Position numbers and translations under genes: made by a program. A stretch of DNA of 32,000 nucleotides from Candidatus Saccharimonadota bacterium (GTDB lineage Bacteria; Patescibacteriota; Gracilibacteria; UBA1369; 2-02-FULL-48-14), in NCBI GenBank assembly GCA_965230905.1, contig OZ246396.1, positions 1,050,001 through 1,082,000 on the forward strand. The letters run 5' to 3'. Each line of letters opens with the position of its first letter. Position 1 is the stretch's first letter. Below, piece after piece: positions 24,812-32,000 of this stretch. The notes beneath the pieces were generated by a model. It had not been told where the DNA came from. It was given only the letters and a program-made list of their open reading frames with translations, and did not search any database.

Positions 24812-25907
24812 TGTGGACGAGCAGTTCGTAAGGAATGGTGCCGGCCGTAGCGCTTTGATTCAGCACGGAGTTTTTTTGGTTGGCATGGCGAGAATACACC
24901 ACCACGCGGTCGTAGAGTTGGGCTTTGGCGTGGCTCACATCGATCATGCACATGTTCATGCAAACGCGACCGAGGATCGGGCATTGCACGCCGTTCACTT
25001 CAAGGAAACCCTTGTTACTGAGGCTGCGGGGCAAGGCTTCGTAATAACCCACGGGCACCACGCCAATAGTGAGATCTTTTTCTGCGGTGTAGGTGCCGTT
25101 GTAGCTCACCGTTTCGCCGCGTTTCAAAGTCTTGATGCTCACCAGCGTGGATTCGAGTTCCAGAGCGGGTTTTAGGCCTTCTATATAGAAAGGGTCTGTG
25201 GGCTCGAGTACAGGAATTCCATAAAGGCTGATGCCCAGACGCATCATATTGGTTCCGCTGTTGTTAATTTTTGGTGCACCTGCACTATTGCCGCAGTGAA
25301 TCCACTTGGGCTTGATGCCGGCCTCACGTAGTAATTCTACGGCTGCTTGAAAGCGCGCCATTTGTTCTTCGGTTTTGTGATTCTGTGGGTTGTCCGCGTC
25401 GGAAAAGTGGGTGTAAATACCCTCAATATTCAGCTTTGCCTTTTTGAACGTTGGCAAACATTCACGCAGTTCTTCCACAGAAAAGCCCATGCGCGAAAAG
25501 CCGGTTTCAATTTTGAGGTGCACGGGCACGCCGAGCTTGGCATAAACCTCGGCGCCTTCTTTATTAAATACTGAAAAATGAAAGGGAAGGCGGCGGAATT
25601 TTTTGAGCGCACTGGCGTGCGTGTTATCGGGATGGGTGCAGCCTATAATAAGAATAGGCGTTTTGATGCGGGCTTTTTTGAGTTCGTAGGCTTCGTAGAG
25701 CGAATCCACTATAAAGAAAGGTACGTCTTCGTCGTCCAAGGCCTCCGCAACCAACGTGAGTCCGTGGCCGTAGGCATTGGATTTGAGCACGGGGCACACG
25801 GCTTGGTCCGGGCAAACTTTTTGGTAGGTGTGCAAGTTGTGCTTCAAGGCAGCCTTAAACACGTGAAGCGTATTTAGGTTTCGGTAAGGGCGCTTTTTCA
25901 GCAGCAT
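24780..25907 (-). CDS. alr: Alanine racemase
   Basis: PLP-lysine motif 'PVLKSNAYGHG', 'IETGFSRMG', 'THFSDAD', 'VPVGYYEALPR', 'RVCMNMCMIDV'. 32-nt convergent overlap with the rimK-like gene. Confidence 0.9.
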   Translation of the reverse strand: MLLKKRPYRNLNTLHVFKAALKHNLHTYQKVCPDQAVCPVLKSNAYGHGLTLVAEALDDEDVPFFIVDSLYEAYELKKARIKTPILIIGCTHPDNTHASALKKFRRLPFHFSVFNKEGAEVYAKLGVPVHLKIETGFSRMGFSVEELRECLPTFKKAKLNIEGIYTHFSDADNPQNHKTEEQMARFQAAVELLREAGIKPKWIHCGNSAGAPKINNSGTNMMRLGISLYGIPVLEPTDPFYIEGLKPALELESTLVSIKTLKRGETVSYNGTYTAEKDLTIGVVPVGYYEALPRSLSNKGFLEVNGVQCPILGRVCMNMCMIDVSHAKAQLYDRVVVYSRHANQKNSVLNQSATAGTIPYELLVHISESVARRLE

Positions 25908-26486
25908 TTAGCGGCGAGTCACAATGGCGTCCACCAATCCGTATTTCTTGGATTCTTCGGCGCTCATGAAATTGTCGCGATCGGTGTCGATCTCCACTTT
26001 GCTCAGCTTTTGGCCCGTGTGGTGCGCAATGATTCCGTTCAGTAGATCCTTGGTCTTAATAATGTGGTCCGCGTGGATTCGGATGTCAGAGGCCTGACCT
26101 TCCGTTCCTCCCAAAGGTTGGTGGATCATCACTTCCGCATTGGGCAGCGCGAAACGCTTTCCCTTGGCTCCTCCGGTGAGTAAAACTGCTCCCATAGAAG
26201 CCGCCATTCCCATCACAACGGTGGAAACGTCCGGTTTTAGGTATTGCATGGTGTCGTAAATCGCGAGACCGGCGGTCACGTGTCCTCCTGGTGAGTTGAT
26301 GTACATCACAATGTCCTTCTTCGCGTCCTCCTGTTCCAAAAAGAGCAGCTGCGCAATGAGTAGGCTGGCCATATTGGATTCCACTTCAGTGAACATGAAA
26401 ACCAAACGATCCCTCAGTAAGCGGGAGTAAATGTCGTAAGAACGTTCGCCTTCGTGCGTTTTTTCGAGCACGGTAGGGATCAGCAT
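25908..26486 (-). CDS. clpP: ATP-dependent Clp protease proteolytic subunit
   Basis: '[15 protein letters not shown]', 'YINSPGG', catalytic Ser in 'GMAASMGA', His in 'MIHQPLGG', '[10 protein letters not shown]'. The start at ATG 26486 ('[10 protein letters not shown]') sits 8 nt after the SD-like 'aggaga'. The longer ORF to 26582 adds an unconserved 32 aa. Confidence 0.9.
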   Translation of the reverse strand: MLIPTVLEKTHEGERSYDIYSRLLRDRLVFMFTEVESNMASLLIAQLLFLEQEDAKKDIVMYINSPGGHVTAGLAIYDTMQYLKPDVSTVVMGMAASMGAVLLTGGAKGKRFALPNAEVMIHQPLGGTEGQASDIRIHADHIIKTKDLLNGIIAHHTGQKLSKVEIDTDRDNFMSAEESKKYGLVDAIVTRR

Positions 26487-26696
26487 GCTGGTGATCTCCT
26501 GGGAAATTCCAACGTTGTTGCTTAGGTGCTTCCTTTGTCCTTTAAGAAGACTGCTTCGAGTGTAATGATGAAAATCAGTCATAGGCTGGATTATTTTATA
26601 GAGCGCACTGGCGTGCGTGGTGGATGGATTATAGCATTCCGGCGGTGCGAACCAAATGGTTTTTCAACGCCTTATATATAAAGAGTAAAAATAGTA

Positions 26697-26724
26697 TTGA
26701 CTTTGCTTTGCTAAAGGCTAAAAT
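26697..26724 (+). promoter_or_regulatory. Promoter candidate for the 16S rRNA gene
   Basis: TTGACT (26697-26702), 16-nt spacer, TAAAAT (26719-26724), ~190 nt upstream of mature 16S. Followed by a hairpin (gcaca...tgtgc) and a weak boxA-like 'cgttcttcaat' at ~26766. Confidence 0.45.
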
Positions 26725-26916
26725 CGTTTGGCACATTTCCTTATCGATCTGTGCACGTTCTTCAATCGACCTTTGACAGTTCAGATCTAATAGAGAGTCC
26801 CAAATTCTAGGTTTTAATCTCGGTTTTCCGAGTATAAATAAATCAAAATTTAAGGCTACTTCCTGGCCAACAGGAAGAACAGCTTCAAACAACTCATAAG
26901 TTTACTTCGGTAAACT

Positions 26917-28373
<1,457 letters not shown>

Positions 28374-28563
28374 TTAAGGAGTTACGAAGGGTTGCGAAAG
28401 CAACCGTGTAACCATTCCTAGGTCGCTTCTGCCTTTATCTTCGGATAATGTTGCAGAATCGAGTGTATCGCGAGATACGTTCACCCTAGAGTTTGCCTCT
28501 CTTTTAGATCTGGATTGTCAGCACTGCAAACGCAAGTTTGTAGCCTGCGACTGAAGAAACAAT

Positions 28564-28590
28564 AAGCCCCTGAAAAGGGGCTTTTATTGT
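28564..28590 (+). terminator. Rho-independent terminator ~190 nt after the 16S 3' end
   Basis: Stem 'aagcccc' / 'ggggctt' (7 bp, 4 consecutive GC pairs), loop 'tgaaaa', followed by 'ttattg'. Confidence 0.6.
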
Positions 28591-28621
28591 ATTTATCTAA
28601 GGTTCTTTTAAAATGTGTGAT

Positions 28622-28649
28622 TTGACTGATAGCGGAAAAACATTATAAT
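28622..28649 (+). promoter_or_regulatory. Near-consensus sigma-70-type promoter inside the 16S-23S spacer
   Basis: TTGACT (28622-28627), 16-nt spacer, TATAAT (28644-28649). Confidence 0.55.
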
Positions 28650-28671
28650 ATGCACAACTTAATCAAGTTAT

Positions 28672-28836
28672 ATGGGTTTGGAGCAGGAGGTGTTTGAAGA
28701 TGCAGCGGTGGAAGCTAGCGAAAATCGCATATCTAATGAGAGGAAGTGTGTTCGTGGGCCCGCTTGGTATGATGAACTTTTTGGTGAGTTAGATCCTGTT
28801 GCCGATGACGACGAGGTGGGGCTGAAAGAGAAATAG
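28672..28836 (+). CDS. Candidate small acidic protein (54 aa), below the ORF-track cutoff
   Basis: Hand translation: MGLEQEVFEDAAVEASENRISNERKCVRGPAWYDELFGELDPVADDDEVGLKEK*. Starts ~23 nt after the -10 box at 28644. No SD, and no homology can be judged here. Confidence 0.3.
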   Translation: MGLEQEVFEDAAVEASENRISNERKCVRGPAWYDELFGELDPVADDDEVGLKEK

Positions 28837-28852
28837 ATCTAGTTTAAAAGCT

Positions 28853-28933
28853 CTAACCGAAGATCAAATATAGAAATGCCCATCCTCCGCCAAATACAAC
28901 GGCAATAACGAAAGCTATAAAGAGTTTTTTCAT
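28853..28933 (-). CDS. Candidate 26-aa hydrophobic peptide
   Basis: Hand translation of the - strand: MKKLFIAFVIAVVFGGGWAFLYLIFG*. Lys-Lys followed by a single TM-like segment. Convergent with the 54-aa sORF. No SD. Confidence 0.2.
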   Translation of the reverse strand: MKKLFIAFVIAVVFGGGWAFLYLIFG

Positions 28934-29003
28934 ACGAGATGGGGTGAATAATAAATCCTGTACTACTAGTTTAGAACGAGTTCACCGTTGAAAACCTTTC
29001 ACG

Positions 29004-29043
29004 CAAAAAATAATGGTACTTTGCCTACGGCTTCGTGCCATTT
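29004..29043 (-). terminator. Terminator candidate downstream of tRNA-Ile on the - strand
   Basis: The - strand reads 'aatggcac gaagccgtaggcaaa gtaccatt attttttg': an 8-bp outer stem with one mismatch, an inner gcc/ggc pairing, then a T6 run. Confidence 0.45.
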
Positions 29044-29066
29044 TGCTGACGCAAAATAAACCAAAA

Positions 29067-29143
29067 TGGTGGGCGTTCGAAGAGTTGAACTTCGGACCTC
29101 GACATTATCAGTGTCGCGCTCTAACCAACTGAGCTAAACGCCC
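29067..29143 (-). tRNA. tRNA-Ile (anticodon GAT), CCA encoded
   Basis: Reverse complement: gggcgtt-ta-gctc-agttggtta-gagc-g-cgaca-ctGATaa-tgtcg-aggtc-cgaag-ttcaact-cttcg-aacgccc-a-cca. Confidence 0.9.
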
Positions 29144-29155
29144 TTAGGACATGGA

Positions 29156-29180
29156 GTTTCCTTGCGGAAACACTTTTTTT
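29156..29180 (+). terminator. Weak + strand terminator-like hairpin in the spacer between the two - strand tRNAs
   Basis: Stem 'gtttcc' / 'ggaaac', loop 'ttgc', then 'ac' and a T7 run. On the - strand the same hairpin has no trailing U tract. Confidence 0.35.
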
Positions 29181-29203
29181 AGTCTGCACTGCCGTGCAGT
29201 GAA

Positions 29204-29280
29204 TGGTGGAGCTGAGGAGAGTCGAACTCCTGACCTCCTCGGTGCAAGCGAGGCGCTCTAGCCAACTGAGCTACAGCCCC
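29204..29280 (-). tRNA. tRNA-Ala (anticodon TGC), CCA encoded, G3:U70 present
   Basis: Reverse complement: ggggctg-ta-gctc-agttggcta-gagc-g-cctcg-ctTGCac-cgagg-aggtc-aggag-ttcgact-ctcct-cagctcc-a-cca. Confidence 0.9.
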
Positions 29281-29313
29281 ACTAGTGCTCAACGTAGAAA
29301 CGAGAGCGTTGAA

Positions 29314-29343
29314 CTTATATCATTTTGCTGTTCAAAAAATCAA
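29314..29343 (-). promoter_or_regulatory. Promoter candidate for the - strand tRNA-Ala/tRNA-Ile unit
   Basis: The - strand reads TTGATT (29343-29338), 18-nt spacer, TATAAG (29319-29314), ~34 nt upstream of the tRNA-Ala 5' end. Confidence 0.35.
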
Positions 29344-29382
29344 GCAAAGATGGCAAACTAATATCAATTTAATCTCACGCGT

Positions 29383-29613
29383 ATGTTTTGGCAGGGTTTA
29401 ATGGGAATGGTACTGGGCTTCTTAATCCTGGTGTTCAGACCTCAAATCAAGGACTTTACGGGGGACATCGGCTTTGCTGAACACTACTTGGGAGTGGGGG
29501 GAACGTGGACCTTTCTCTTATTCTTAGGTGTGGTCATTTTCATTTTATCCCTGATGTGGGCCATGGGGACCCTGCAGGGCTTTGTGATGAATACCTTTGG
29601 CGGCTTGTTCTGA
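29383..29613 (+). CDS. Small membrane protein (76 aa, two predicted TM segments)
   Basis: 'GLMGMVLGFLILVF' and 'WTFLLFLGVVIFILSLMWAM' are hydrophobic helices separated by a polar loop. No family recognised. Confidence 0.5.
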   Translation: MFWQGLMGMVLGFLILVFRPQIKDFTGDIGFAEHYLGVGGTWTFLLFLGVVIFILSLMWAMGTLQGFVMNTFGGLF

Positions 29614-29667
29614 TGGGCTTGACAGGATTAAGTATTGACGTTAAACTCACAAACCTTAACATTTGTT

Positions 29668-30054
29668 ATGAATCGTCTTACTACTGCTGCACCTTTACTA
29701 TTAGTAACGGCTTGCCAAGTGGGGCCTGATGCAAGAGAAATTGCTCGTGAAGAAACTTTAGGAGTGGTTTCGCATATCACAAGAGAATGTGGTGTTGGCA
29801 TAAAGGATGCATCAAATGTATCTACGCTTGCGCCAGATGCTACTGGTCTTGAGGCGGTTTCTCGATACACGTTAGATGCAGCGACTAAGGAAGACGAAGA
29901 ATGTGTTGAGTCAGCAGTAAAGACTTATAACGGATCAGCCACCTTGGATGGTGGTTGTGAGGTAGGGTATTCTTACCCTAAGGGCTGGACTGAAGTAGAT
30001 GGTGGAATGAGGATGAAGGTTAGTGTTGAATGTCTTCCTCATTATCTCAAGTAA
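29668..30054 (+). CDS. Small lipoprotein (128 aa) with four additional Cys
   Basis: ATG at 29668 gives 'MNRLTTAAPLLLVTAC' (signal plus lipobox). TTGACA (29618-29623)-17-TAAACT (29641-29646) is a possible promoter. The tracked start at 29635 is a TTG. Confidence 0.55.
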   Translation: MNRLTTAAPLLLVTACQVGPDAREIAREETLGVVSHITRECGVGIKDASNVSTLAPDATGLEAVSRYTLDAATKEDEECVESAVKTYNGSATLDGGCEVGYSYPKGWTEVDGGMRMKVSVECLPHYLK

Positions 30055-30086
30055 ATTACTAGTAAAATAGGTTCTAAAAATTCCTA

Positions 30087-30115
30087 TTGACTTCACTCTG
30101 TCGGCTTCCTATAAT
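30087..30115 (+). promoter_or_regulatory. Near-consensus sigma-70-type promoter ~360 nt upstream of 23S
   Basis: TTGACT (30087-30092), 17-nt spacer, TATAAT (30110-30115). Confidence 0.6.
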
Positions 30116-30279
30116 GCCCCAGCTTAATTAGTTAAGCGCTGTCCTTTTTCCTCCTCATGAACCTGTTCCAAATACCCTAGAGTTTCAAACGACTATTGGT
30201 CCTTACGGACTGTTTGAGCTTCTAGGGTGTATGGAGACATACACCCTTTTTGTAACCGGGTTTCCCGGTGTACAGAGTC

Positions 30280-30293
30280 TGTTCCTTGAAATT
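30280..30293 (+). promoter_or_regulatory. boxA-like antitermination element in the 23S leader, preceded by boxB-like hairpins
   Basis: 'tgttccttgaaatt' resembles rrn boxA (E. coli TGCTCTTTAACAA; a Gram-positive variant, recalled from memory as TGTTCTTTGAAAA, is closer). Upstream hairpins are gggtgtatg-gaga-catacaccc (30225-30246) and accggg-ttt-cccggt (30255-30269). Confidence 0.4.
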
Positions 30294-30476
30294 TCGGGTT
30301 TGAATACTGAATAACACAACTGATTCAGTACTCAATAAATGAACAAAATAACTTTGTAGTCAGAAACTTTCCTGCTTCTGAACTACAATAAAATTCTTTT
30401 TTATACATAATCGTGGTAGTAAGCGATTTGTATTATTCTTTCTGATTGCCATAAAAAAGCACGGAAGATGACGTTA

Positions 30477-32000
<1,524 letters not shown>

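Noticed and set aside
26629-26892. 87-aa ORF on the - strand between clpP and 16S
   Set aside because: It overlaps the 16S promoter candidate, the leader hairpins and the leader half of the 16S processing helix. It has no motifs or SD and is most likely non-coding leader sequence.
28484-30186. Shared 12-mer 'accctagagttt' in the 16S trailer (28484-28495) and the 23S leader (30173-30184), as a possible duplication scar of a split spacer
   Set aside because: Exact 12-mers are expected many times by chance in 32 kb, and flanking similarity does not extend. There is not enough evidence.

Overview
This is a compact, gene-dense bacterial chromosome segment. It reads cleanly in the standard genetic code, and several neighbouring genes overlap. 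The source is probably an uncultured small-genome lineage (Patescibacteria/CPR-like). That is an inference from a short (~1.46 kb), divergent 16S and from gene content, and I cannot verify it here.

Recognisable housekeeping genes:
- gyrB, prmC followed by prfA (RF1), a probable rpsU, a tatD-family hydrolase, radA and efp
- an alkD-like repair protein, lgt, a rimK-like ATP-grasp ligase, alr and clpP
- an ilvE-type aminotransferase and the 3' part of a VirB4-like ATPase

RNA genes:
- tRNA-Lys(CTT), tRNA-Cys(GCA) and tRNA-Leu(TAA) on the + strand
- tRNA-Ile(GAT) and tRNA-Ala(TGC) on the - strand
- a complete 16S and the first ~1.5 kb of a 23S

Much of the remainder encodes cell-envelope proteins:
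- an S41 protease carrying three SLH-like repeats
- two adjacent Asp/Thr-repeat lipoproteins, one with an 18 x 24-bp tandem repeat plus TSP3-like calcium-binding repeats
- an LPVTG surface protein with an ice-binding-like (DUF3494-type) domain, followed by its own sortase. This cassette is bracketed by tRNA genes and is A/T-richer than its surroundings.
- further lipoproteins next to lgt

The most unusual feature is the rRNA locus. 16S and 23S are separated by ~2.1 kb. The 16S has its own leader/trailer processing helix and terminator. The 23S has its own near-consensus promoter and a boxB/boxA-like leader. The spacer carries small ORFs, two envelope-protein genes and an Ala->Ile tRNA pair on the opposite strand.

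Other items worth a second look:
- an A/T-rich 566-aa orphan ORF next to radA
- two long hairpins upstream of rpsU
- a 19-bp exact repeat bracketing clpP
- an EF-P lacking the canonical PGKG loop

I saw no CRISPR array, transposase or recognisable defence system.
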